From IMG/VR virus record IMGVR_UViG_3300040971_000196, positions 1,032-65,031 of that record: a stretch of DNA of 64,000 nt; one strand, given 5' to 3'. Of this stretch, positions 27,282 to 35,173 are shown piece by piece. The position numbers and the translations under genes were made by a program. The notes beneath the pieces were generated by a model. It was not told where the DNA came from. It ran no database searches and saw only the letters and a program-made list of their open reading frames with translations. The stretch is from a virus. Position 1 is the stretch's first letter, and every line of letters begins with the position of its first letter.

Positions 27282-27284
27282 AAT

Positions 27285-27656
27285 TTAGAGCCTTTTTGGC
27301 GCAAGTACAGTAATTGGGGCTCCGGTCATGGGGTCACGAACGTAAAACATGTTTGTAACGGCTTTTCCGTTTTTATAATAATATCCAATTTGCGGAGAAT
27401 ATGTTGCAGGACCGCTTGCCACAACAGCGTTAACATACGCAGATCCGTTGTCTCTATAGTCCTTCGCCTCTGAATATGTAGAAAACAATTTCCCTTTATA
27501 TGAATAGCCGGCTGGGCTCCATGTTATTTGTTCCTGCTGAACTGGAGAGTAGCCTGAAGACGGCGCAGTGTATGGCGTTGGGGGGTCTGGAACCCACTCC
27601 TGAATGACCTTCTGTTTCATAACTAGGCCACTATTTTTATACAAGGTGCTAGGCAT
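27285..27656 (-). CDS. Hypothetical virion protein
   Basis: 123-aa Y/P/S-rich ORF with GGGGA SD. Confidence 0.5.
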   Translation of the reverse strand: MPSTLYKNSGLVMKQKVIQEWVPDPPTPYTAPSSGYSPVQQEQITWSPAGYSYKGKLFSTYSEAKDYRDNGSAYVNAVVASGPATYSPQIGYYYKNGKAVTNMFYVRDPMTGAPITVLAPKRL

Positions 27657-27670
27657 GAGTCCCCCAGGAA

Positions 27671-28141
27671 CTATATATTTCCAAAAGAAGCGACAAATGT
27701 GTCTATAAAATAGCTGGTCCCAACTGCCATTGTTCTACTGGGGAGATAGAGGTCGCCTATTTCTCCGGCTACGACAACATCTCCGTCTATTCTCGGGATG
27801 GAATAGCTTTCCGTGTTTCCATCTACGTTCCACCAATTCCAGCGAAACCAGGCTGCCTGGCCTGCTCTTATTCCGACAATCCCCCACCGTCCGTCGTTTT
27901 CAACAATGCCTGGAGGCAGGATACGAAAAAAGAGCCCAGCGCCCTCAGTGTCGTTACCGGGGTAAAAAGTTCGCCCCATCGTTGTTATACGGGCAAGCTC
28001 AAGCGCAGTCGGAGGCACGGGAAGGTCTGCGCTGGCTGGGCGGGGACCAGAATATATCCTGATCAACCCGCCACCCATGGCCATCGAAAAGCCGGCATTT
28101 CCAACCAAGGCCATCTGAAGTCCGGTACTTAAACTCAGCAT
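27671..28141 (-). CDS. Virion structural protein, paralog 3
   Basis: LSTGL...GGLIRIYSGPRPASAD...AAWFRW...RIDG. Confidence 0.65.
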   Translation of the reverse strand: MLSLSTGLQMALVGNAGFSMAMGGGLIRIYSGPRPASADLPVPPTALELARITTMGRTFYPGNDTEGAGLFFRILPPGIVENDGRWGIVGIRAGQAAWFRWNWWNVDGNTESYSIPRIDGDVVVAGEIGDLYLPSRTMAVGTSYFIDTFVASFGNI

Positions 28142-28150
28142 GGCGCCTCC

Positions 28151-28600
28151 TTACTCTGCGGGCAGAGAGAGCGAATAGGAGAGCAGAACCTTCGCGTTAA
28201 GATTGGCGTTTGCCACGAGAGTCGGATTTGTCATATAGAGATCAACACCGGGGACTGCGCCAACAGAACCCTGGACGCGAGGCTCGGTCGTTGATCCAGC
28301 GCCAGTGTCGCCGGCGGCGACAAGCCGGTAATAAGTCGGCGTACCAGCAGCCGTTGCGCCCTGCCAGGTAGCAGCGGCGGGCTTAACCAGTGCGCGACCG
28401 ACAGGCGTGGGGTCAAAGGTAAGGCCAGTGCCATCGCCGCCGACAGAGATGGTCCAGAGCAAGGTGCCAACTTCTGCGTCGTCCGGAGAAGACGGAGGCA
28501 TGCCATCAAAGACCTTGATAAGTCCGCCATCAAAAGCGGCCTTCAAAGAACCGGTAACGGCCAGATAGGCAGAAAGCCCGGTAGAAGTTTTCACAGACAT
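28151..28600 (-). CDS. Virion structural protein, paralog 2
   Basis: TSTGL...GGLIKVFDGMPPSSPDDAE...YYRL...RVQG. Confidence 0.65.
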   Translation of the reverse strand: MSVKTSTGLSAYLAVTGSLKAAFDGGLIKVFDGMPPSSPDDAEVGTLLWTISVGGDGTGLTFDPTPVGRALVKPAAATWQGATAAGTPTYYRLVAAGDTGAGSTTEPRVQGSVGAVPGVDLYMTNPTLVANANLNAKVLLSYSLSLPAE

Positions 28601-28612
28601 TTCAGACCTCCT

Positions 28613-29077
28613 TTAAGGCAAGAACAGGGCGACGTTGTCGACCGTGGTTGTCACATTGATCTTAAGGTTTGTACTGGACAGGTTCATCTGGCCGCCGCTG
28701 GTTGCGCAGTTGCCATCAATCCTGATCTTGTCCCCGTCGGTTGCAGCGCCCATATGGCTATCAAAGTTATTCGGATACCAGCGAAACCAGCCAGCAGAGC
28801 CGTTGGCCAGGTTCTTTCCGGACCAGACCGAAGCTTCGGGCTTGCCGACGATTCCGCCGGCCGGAGTGTCTAAGCTCAAGCCATTTGCGGGCGTCCCGGA
28901 AACCATTGCGCCAGAAGCAAGCGTAATCGTGACAAGCAGGGCGCCCTGCTCTGCATCATCAGCAGAATTGGGCTGTGGTCCGGAAAAAATACGGATCTGG
29001 CCATTTGCCAGGGCTTCTTTCAATCCTTTGTCATCCAGGATTGCGTTTTTCATCCCCGTCGAAAGTCGCCATGCCAT
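28613..29077 (-). CDS. Virion structural protein, paralog 1
   Basis: LSTGM...GQIRIFSGPQPNSADDAE...AGWFRW...RIDG. Confidence 0.65.
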   Translation of the reverse strand: MAWRLSTGMKNAILDDKGLKEALANGQIRIFSGPQPNSADDAEQGALLVTITLASGAMVSGTPANGLSLDTPAGGIVGKPEASVWSGKNLANGSAGWFRWYPNNFDSHMGAATDGDKIRIDGNCATSGGQMNLSSTNLKINVTTTVDNVALFLP

Positions 29078-29091
29078 AATAAAAACCTCCT

Positions 29092-29931
29092 TTATACTTC
29101 AGTGCAATTTTTAAAACCAGTCCAAAACTTAGAAGGACCGGCGCCATCTTCTATAAATATAAGTTCTATAGAATATATGCGTTCTACTCCCTCAAAGATT
29201 TGAAAATAAGAATTACCGTAAGCATCGTACGATTCTTCTGCAGGTAGATACCAGTGCCTCGTCTTTTGATGACAATATCCAAAATCATCTATTGGGATAA
29301 TTACAATTTCACCAGTATCTTCGTCAAACCATTCCCCTCCGCCGCCGCCACAACCAAAGTTTAAGGCTGCGGTAACAAGGCTAAATGAGTCTGTGCGCAA
29401 ATCAAGACCCTCGTGCAGAATTCGACGGGCTTCTCCTCTTATAGATCCATGGCCGCCATCAAAATACTCAACATCAGGCGGATAACCAGTCTCAAAGTCC
29501 TCTTCCGCTGTAGAATCATGGGCATGAATATGCCCATCTGCCCACGGGCTTGCCATATAACTAAAAAGAATGCCTGGCTTTGTTAAGTCTGGTTTGTACG
29601 TAATATTAAAACCGGCACAAATAGTCTTTTCTCGTCCAAAAAATTCATCAAAAAAAAGAACACCCTCTTGATATTCGCAAACAAGCCTAAATGGGTCTGG
29701 TTCTTCTCTATAAAATTTAGTGTTAATATGAATAACATTTGCTGGATTAGAATAATAACTCGCTGCCGCAGGTACGGGAAATCTTAAATCTGAATTTTTA
29801 AATCCAAAGATAGGTAGAGCCTCGCTCCCCCAAGCGTTCGCAGGAAGTTCTGAAATATGAACACCGGCAGGACTTATAGACGAAATGGTGACAATTCCAT
29901 TATTTACACTTCCGCTAAACAATGCAGGCAT
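29092..29931 (-). CDS. Low-GC variable virion protein with C-terminal FWTxxxNCxE motif
   Basis: Likely start MPALF at 29931 (GGAAGG SD); AT-rich; ends GPSKFWTGFKNCTEV. Confidence 0.55.
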   Translation of the reverse strand: MPALFSGSVNNGIVTISSISPAGVHISELPANAWGSEALPIFGFKNSDLRFPVPAAASYYSNPANVIHINTKFYREEPDPFRLVCEYQEGVLFFDEFFGREKTICAGFNITYKPDLTKPGILFSYMASPWADGHIHAHDSTAEEDFETGYPPDVEYFDGGHGSIRGEARRILHEGLDLRTDSFSLVTAALNFGCGGGGGEWFDEDTGEIVIIPIDDFGYCHQKTRHWYLPAEESYDAYGNSYFQIFEGVERIYSIELIFIEDGAGPSKFWTGFKNCTEV

Positions 29932-29936
29932 ATACT

Positions 29937-30857
29937 CTACCTTCCTATGTGAAAGAAGAACTTCCCTGCAACATTGCAAAGAGCGCCTTCATTTACAAAA
30001 TCTTCTTCATCGATATAAAAATCTACATGATCTTTTGTGATATTCACGACCTGCCCTTGGCTATTCCCTATGAAAAGGCCAGATTCAGAAACCCATGCAG
30101 CATAAAATTCTTCTGTCTCAAACCCCAGATCCTTACCCGGAATGAGCCGCTGACAAGCGGACCATTCAACGGCCGGAACTTCAGAAACAACTTTGAGCAC
30201 AGTTTCACCTATCTTTCTTCCAGCCAGAAAGTAAACTTTCTTCGTTGTCGAAATATAGACACCGCCTTCGACCGGCCTGATCATCACAACCGGAGCATCA
30301 AAAAGCATCGCGCTATTTCCAAGATCAAAAAGAGAGAATCCAAGCGGCTCCGAAAAAACCACAAGATTGCCATTGGCGAGCCAAATTCGAGAGAGATGAA
30401 AGGCAATATGTCTTGCCGGAATGGGCCCTGAAAACTGGATATCAGTGTCCCTGCCATATTCCATGGCTGGCCAGGGCTGGTGAGTTCCGGCAACCACCCG
30501 GCCATTCTTGTCGCCGGAGGTATAATAAATCTCGCCATTGACCATGCAGCATGAAACTCGCTGGTCAAATCCAGGAGCAAGCACAACGTCTTGGGTATCA
30601 AGTCGCAAGCACAAGTCTCCGTCCTTCACGCCGACCATGTCCCCACCGTCGCAGAAAATACTATGCCATGCGCCCTCGGAAACAAGGACTTTTCCGGGAC
30701 GAACCTCTATTCCTCCAACATCGTCGATGATGACATTCTGGGTTCTGGATAGAGCAACAATGCCCTCGTCTTCAGAATACGGGATCCTGAAGTCTTCGAC
30801 TTTGTTGTCGAGACCAATAGTCCGCTCAAATATTGGATAGAAGTCCTTTCTTGGCAT
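29937..30857 (-). CDS. Putative tail nozzle/stabilisation protein
   Basis: GLDNK...NVIIDD.G.I..RPG N-terminus, beta-propeller-like; follows the adaptor gene. Confidence 0.6.
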   Translation of the reverse strand: MPRKDFYPIFERTIGLDNKVEDFRIPYSEDEGIVALSRTQNVIIDDVGGIEVRPGKVLVSEGAWHSIFCDGGDMVGVKDGDLCLRLDTQDVVLAPGFDQRVSCCMVNGEIYYTSGDKNGRVVAGTHQPWPAMEYGRDTDIQFSGPIPARHIAFHLSRIWLANGNLVVFSEPLGFSLFDLGNSAMLFDAPVVMIRPVEGGVYISTTKKVYFLAGRKIGETVLKVVSEVPAVEWSACQRLIPGKDLGFETEEFYAAWVSESGLFIGNSQGQVVNITKDHVDFYIDEEDFVNEGALCNVAGKFFFHIGR

Positions 30858-30860
30858 AGC

Positions 30861-31562
30861 CTAGAGCCCTCCGGCCTGGAAAACATTGAGTGTCGGAGTG
30901 ACAATGCCGTCAGCCCCCTGGACAAACTCGGGCTCCGTCTGAAGGGAATGCGTAACAAACAACGATTCAAGCTCAAGCCTAGCCTTCATGTAGAGGTCAT
31001 AGAAGAACTTATAGTTGTTGCGAGAGTCAGTAACACCGTCCTCAAGATAGCCAAAAATCGTGGCAATAGCATAATTTTCGACCATGACACTTGCCAGCTC
31101 TTCAGGGAGAAAGGTGATCGCTGAACCATCATCTGCCAGGCTTTCGTAAAGAGGAGCCTTCTTGACGTAGGTGACATAGATGCTGGTGTCGTCGCTGGCC
31201 TCAGGAATCAAACGCAGAGATCTATCTGCGACGATAACAGCCTCGATATTCCGTGACGGCTTGCCGGCCTTTTGAAAAAGAGCATTGGCATCAAATGCCC
31301 GCTTGAAAACTTTGATCTTTTTTTTGTTCACATCAAAAACGGAAATCACCCGCATGGGAACTGCATCGTCCGGAAGTGAAACGGCAGAATCCCCACCGTA
31401 AATTTCGATTTGATCGAAGGGCTCTACCAGTGTACTGGGTGAAATCTTCTCGGCAAACTGTGATAGACAAGAATTTACAAGGGCTAGGATTGTTGAAGGG
31501 GTCGTACTCGGATCATCAACAATCGCAGATACAGATGTGATAATTTCTGATATTGGCTTCAT
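30861..31562 (-). CDS. Putative head-tail adaptor (tail tubular A-like)
   Basis: Helical N-terminus, SLPDD, LRLIP....YVTYV and LPEEL...ENYA pattern; position after the capsid genes. Confidence 0.6.
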   Translation of the reverse strand: MKPISEIITSVSAIVDDPSTTPSTILALVNSCLSQFAEKISPSTLVEPFDQIEIYGGDSAVSLPDDAVPMRVISVFDVNKKKIKVFKRAFDANALFQKAGKPSRNIEAVIVADRSLRLIPEASDDTSIYVTYVKKAPLYESLADDGSAITFLPEELASVMVENYAIATIFGYLEDGVTDSRNNYKFFYDLYMKARLELESLFVTHSLQTEPEFVQGADGIVTPTLNVFQAGGL

Positions 31563-31573
31563 TGTAGCTCCTT

Positions 31574-31618
31574 AAAAAAAGACGCGCAGATTGAGGTTTC
31601 CCTTTCTCTGCGCGTCTT
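31574..31618 (-). terminator. Rho-independent terminator after the capsid/decoration genes
   Basis: Stem GACGCGCAGA / TCTGCGCGTC with a T7 tract on the minus strand. Confidence 0.7.
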
Positions 31619-31659
31619 AGCGTCCATTAATGGAAAAGACAAATTAAGGCGAGCTTACC

Positions 31660-32034
31660 CTACAGGGCCTTCGCCCCAACCGCGTATTCGTCCACCAGTA
31701 CGGTAACGCCAACAGAGCCGGCAACGACAAGCTCGATGTCCAGCTCAATCGGAGTTTCGCCGTCAAAGATCTGGTTGACTTCAGCCTGGGTTGCCTCGGA
31801 CACAGCAGTGCCTTTGGCGACCTTGCCGATACCGTTGGCGCCGGTTGTGCCAAGATTCGCGGAATAGAGCGCATTGGTCGCGCCCTTCTTGCCGGCCTTG
31901 ACCAGGGCAGTTCCAACGGTCTGAGTCGAGTTGACCACGGCTGCGAGGCCGACAATTTTGCCAGCGTCAGGGATGGGCAGATAATGCTTTACCGAGGAAG
32001 TCGTGCCCGGAATGACAAAGGTGTATTTCTTCAT
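31660..32034 (-). CDS. Putative capsid decoration/cement protein
   Basis: 124-aa A/G/V/T-rich beta protein directly after the capsid gene. Confidence 0.55.
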   Translation of the reverse strand: MKKYTFVIPGTTSSVKHYLPIPDAGKIVGLAAVVNSTQTVGTALVKAGKKGATNALYSANLGTTGANGIGKVAKGTAVSEATQAEVNQIFDGETPIELDIELVVAGSVGVTVLVDEYAVGAKAL

Positions 32035-32049
32035 TGTATCATACCCCCA

Positions 32050-33039
32050 TTACGCCGGAACGGTGACGTTGTCGGCGCGAACATGGCCAAGGCGGTTCGT
32101 GCAAACGAGCTGTCCCATCCAACGGATGTTGCAGGTAAAGGTTTCAGGAGTCCGGATCTCAGCCTTCCACACGGGCTTGGTGAAGTTCCGGTCCTTGTGG
32201 TGGATGATGTCCAGGAAGCGCAGGTTGTAGCCGTCCACATACCCCGCGGTCTGGCGTTCGTCAGCAACAACAGCAGCACCCTTGAAGAGCACGTTGTCAA
32301 AGCCGGCGTTGACCATATTCTTGTCCGAATGGCGGGTCAACGCATACTCCGAGGCCTCGAAAGCATCTTTCAGCACTTCGGTGGTCAGGTACAAATCCGG
32401 TTTATCCGAATTACTGGGTCCAAGAGAGGCAAGGCGCCGGATGGCCTGCAGGCCCTTGAAGCCCATGGTGATGGCATCGTGGGTGTAGCCGGTCTTCCAC
32501 ATCGAGGTCGTACCATCTTCCTTGAGCAGATCTTCCGGAGCAATCTCGCCGTATTTGGTCGAAGCGGTCTGGTCAAACAGGTCGCCAACGCCGGAGAACG
32601 GTTTGGGATCGTCGTACTCAGCAGCGGCCTTGTTGGCGACGAGAGTACGCCAGATGTCGATGGCCATGTCGTCACGGATCGACTTCTGCATGTTTTTGAG
32701 CTTGGCCTGGATGATGTTGACAATAGCGGCTTCGCCGTTGTTCAGCAGATCATCTTCCATATCATAGGTCGAAGTGCCGAAATACGCGGCGTACTCGAAG
32801 AAGGCCGCGGTCAGGATTTCCTTCTTGGCGACCGGGAATTCGGTGCGCGGACCGTAGGCACCAGCGTGCTGCTTGCCGATTTCCAGATTCGCCTGGATTT
32901 TCAGGCCGCCGTCATACGACTTGCCCTTTTTCATCAGCTTGTAGATGAGCACGTTGTCCCGAAAGTACACATCTTCCGGGGTGCGGTTGTAGATGTAGTC
33001 ATCCGTTACCGCTTGCAGTTCAGTGAGAGTCAGAGCCAT
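32050..33039 (-). CDS. Major capsid protein
   Basis: 329 aa, AGGAGG SD, after the scaffold; HK97-like features (GFDNVLFKGAAVVAD, WMGQLVCTNR). Confidence 0.8.
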   Translation of the reverse strand: MALTLTELQAVTDDYIYNRTPEDVYFRDNVLIYKLMKKGKSYDGGLKIQANLEIGKQHAGAYGPRTEFPVAKKEILTAAFFEYAAYFGTSTYDMEDDLLNNGEAAIVNIIQAKLKNMQKSIRDDMAIDIWRTLVANKAAAEYDDPKPFSGVGDLFDQTASTKYGEIAPEDLLKEDGTTSMWKTGYTHDAITMGFKGLQAIRRLASLGPSNSDKPDLYLTTEVLKDAFEASEYALTRHSDKNMVNAGFDNVLFKGAAVVADERQTAGYVDGYNLRFLDIIHHKDRNFTKPVWKAEIRTPETFTCNIRWMGQLVCTNRLGHVRADNVTVPA

Positions 33040-33055
33040 GTTGGCCTCCTAAAAT

Positions 33056-33901
33056 TTAATTTGCTGCTGATCGAGCACGGCGCAGTGCGGCAATGCCGCC
33101 TTTCTGCTGGTCAAGGCCGTCGCCGCGATAGAGCTCTGGAACGCCGATGTCTCCAGATTCGCTACCGACAACGGAGCCCTGCTGGGTTGCCGCGCCCTTG
33201 ATTGATTTTTGAATCTGCCCTTGCAGCTCGGCAATCTGAGCCTGCAACTGCTGATTTTCCGCTGCCTGTTTCTGTTCCCGGGTGGCGAAGTAGGCGCTGA
33301 CATGGTCGAACACGGGGTTCTGCTGTACGAGCGCGTTGGCCTCCGGAGACTGCGCGAACTGCTGGAAGTCGGGGTACTGCTGCAAGAACTGGCCCTGTGC
33401 GTCCTGGACTTGCCTTTGCTGTTCCTGCTGTTCCATCTGTCGCTGGATATTCAAAGTCGCCCGCTGCTCGATAATCGGAGCCGTCTGGACGATCATTTCC
33501 TCATATGTGATTTCACCGGCCGTTGCCTGCTGCTGCAGGGCCGCGAGCTGCTCGTCAAGCTGAACCAGCGGATCAGGGGCCTGCTCTTCAGAGCCGGCCG
33601 GAGCCTGGTTGAGCTGCTGGGTAAGCTGCTGAAGCTGGGCCGCCATGGACGAAAGAAGGTCGTTGTTGCCGCCGGCAGCTTCTGGCTTTGCAGCGCCTTC
33701 TTCAGGCTTCGCAACTGGCGTTTCTGCTACTTCACCGGCTTTTACATCGCCCTCTCCGGCCGGAGCCGCAGGCTTGGAGCTTTCTTCTGCCGGGGCAGAC
33801 TCCTGCTTCGGCGGCTCGCTCTTGGGCGCAACATATTCTTGGGTATTGTCTACAACGTGGCCAAAAGCCGAAACAACATTGGAATCTTCATTCTTGTCCA
33901 T
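33056..33901 (-). CDS. Capsid scaffolding protein
   Basis: Acidic, Q/A/E-rich coiled coil immediately upstream of the capsid gene. Confidence 0.7.
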   Translation of the reverse strand: MDKNEDSNVVSAFGHVVDNTQEYVAPKSEPPKQESAPAEESSKPAAPAGEGDVKAGEVAETPVAKPEEGAAKPEAAGGNNDLLSSMAAQLQQLTQQLNQAPAGSEEQAPDPLVQLDEQLAALQQQATAGEITYEEMIVQTAPIIEQRATLNIQRQMEQQEQQRQVQDAQGQFLQQYPDFQQFAQSPEANALVQQNPVFDHVSAYFATREQKQAAENQQLQAQIAELQGQIQKSIKGAATQQGSVVGSESGDIGVPELYRGDGLDQQKGGIAALRRARSAAN

Positions 33902-33955
33902 AAGCTCCTCCTAATCTGTCTGTTAAAAAATCGTCAACATTCTGCGAAAAATATT

Positions 33956-34234
33956 TTATACGCGCCGATCTGTCACTATGATCCCTTTTGCGTCACAGTA
34001 CCGCTTGTACTCGGATCTCGTTTCGAGAGGCTTCTCGTTGTCACCCTGGATCTGATTGCGCACACTGTCATTCAGCCATAGGGGATGGTCGTCGTGAGTA
34101 ATGACCTTGCTGAAGAACTGCACGGCATCGCCACCGCAGCTCTCGCACCTGACCCGAGACATGTGGGCCGACATTGGGCAGACAACTTCAAACTCATTGG
34201 TGCATGTTTCGCACCGATACTCATATGTGGGCAT
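33956..34234 (-). CDS. FmdB-family zinc-ribbon protein
   Basis: MPTYEYRCETCTNEFE...RCESCG; start at 34234 with AGGAG SD. Confidence 0.75.
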   Translation of the reverse strand: MPTYEYRCETCTNEFEVVCPMSAHMSRVRCESCGGDAVQFFSKVITHDDHPLWLNDSVRNQIQGDNEKPLETRSEYKRYCDAKGIIVTDRRV

Positions 34235-34235
34235 G

Positions 34236-34445
34236 CTATGCTCCTGTTCCGATAATAAATCCAATACGCTCACAATTCGGACACTCCAAGTTTTTCATAG
34301 GGGTGGCCTCCGGCCAGACCCCCTGATATCGATGCATGCATCGCAAGCAAATAACCTCTGCTGTCCTGTGAGGCATGTTCGACTCAATCGGAGTAACCTT
34401 ACCCTCAAGATACCGCTGAATATTTGATGGAAGTTCAAGTGGCAT
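34236..34445 (-). CDS. Small zinc-finger protein
   Basis: CLRC...CPNC; AGGAG SD. Confidence 0.55.
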   Translation of the reverse strand: MPLELPSNIQRYLEGKVTPIESNMPHRTAEVICLRCMHRYQGVWPEATPMKNLECPNCERIGFIIGTGA

Positions 34446-34464
34446 TCAAAAACTCCTATATCTA

Positions 34465-35166
34465 TTAGTCTTTTAATATTTCTACACAATTCCTGGTTGA
34501 AGTCCAAAAATTATTTGGACCCAAATCTCCAAAATAAAGCTTAAGTGAACGTATTATTCCTTCTTTTTGCTGCAAAGAGAAAACAGGAGGCTCTATATTT
34601 GCCCAATTATCAACAATAAACAACTCGTTATCAGGAGGAGTAATAAACATTTTTGTTCCATTAAAATTTGCATTTGTATCTTCTTCATTAAAAAATTGAT
34701 TTACAAAATATGGAGCTCCGTTATATCCAATGTAGTCATTGTTATATGTCCCAAGTTCTGAAACTATAACCCTAACAAGATCAAGATTTGGATTGTAACC
34801 ATAATCGTATATATCAACATTAAGTTCAAAGCCTATAAAAGACCTTCCTGCAAAATTTGCCAAAACAGAATCTACAAACGATTGCTTCAAAACTATAGAC
34901 ATACATCTATTTTCGTCCCAACCAGGCTCTGACGGATAATTCAATATATTTGAAAACACCCAGGCGCCTTGGCATACATGATATGCAGACTCTACTGTAT
35001 TCCAGTTATATCCATCAGGACCTCTTGGATCTTCTGACTGGTCATCATGCACAAGCCAGTCGATAAAAAGCTGACTCCATTCAAGTTGTACATTAACTGG
35101 ATTGGCAACGTAAAAAAGGAGACTATTTTCTTCAACAAGAAGATTTGTAGTATATGGGTATCTCAT
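34465..35166 (-). CDS. Low-GC protein with C-terminal FWTxxxNCxE motif
   Basis: Very AT-rich; ends GPNNFWTSTRNCVEILKD. Confidence 0.6.
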   Translation of the reverse strand: MRYPYTTNLLVEENSLLFYVANPVNVQLEWSQLFIDWLVHDDQSEDPRGPDGYNWNTVESAYHVCQGAWVFSNILNYPSEPGWDENRCMSIVLKQSFVDSVLANFAGRSFIGFELNVDIYDYGYNPNLDLVRVIVSELGTYNNDYIGYNGAPYFVNQFFNEEDTNANFNGTKMFITPPDNELFIVDNWANIEPPVFSLQQKEGIIRSLKLYFGDLGPNNFWTSTRNCVEILKD

Positions 35167-35173
35167 TTTTTCT

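Noticed and set aside
23300..35166. Diversity-generating retroelement acting on the variable low-GC genes
   Set aside because: No reverse transcriptase and no template/variable repeat pair differing at adenines was seen in the window.
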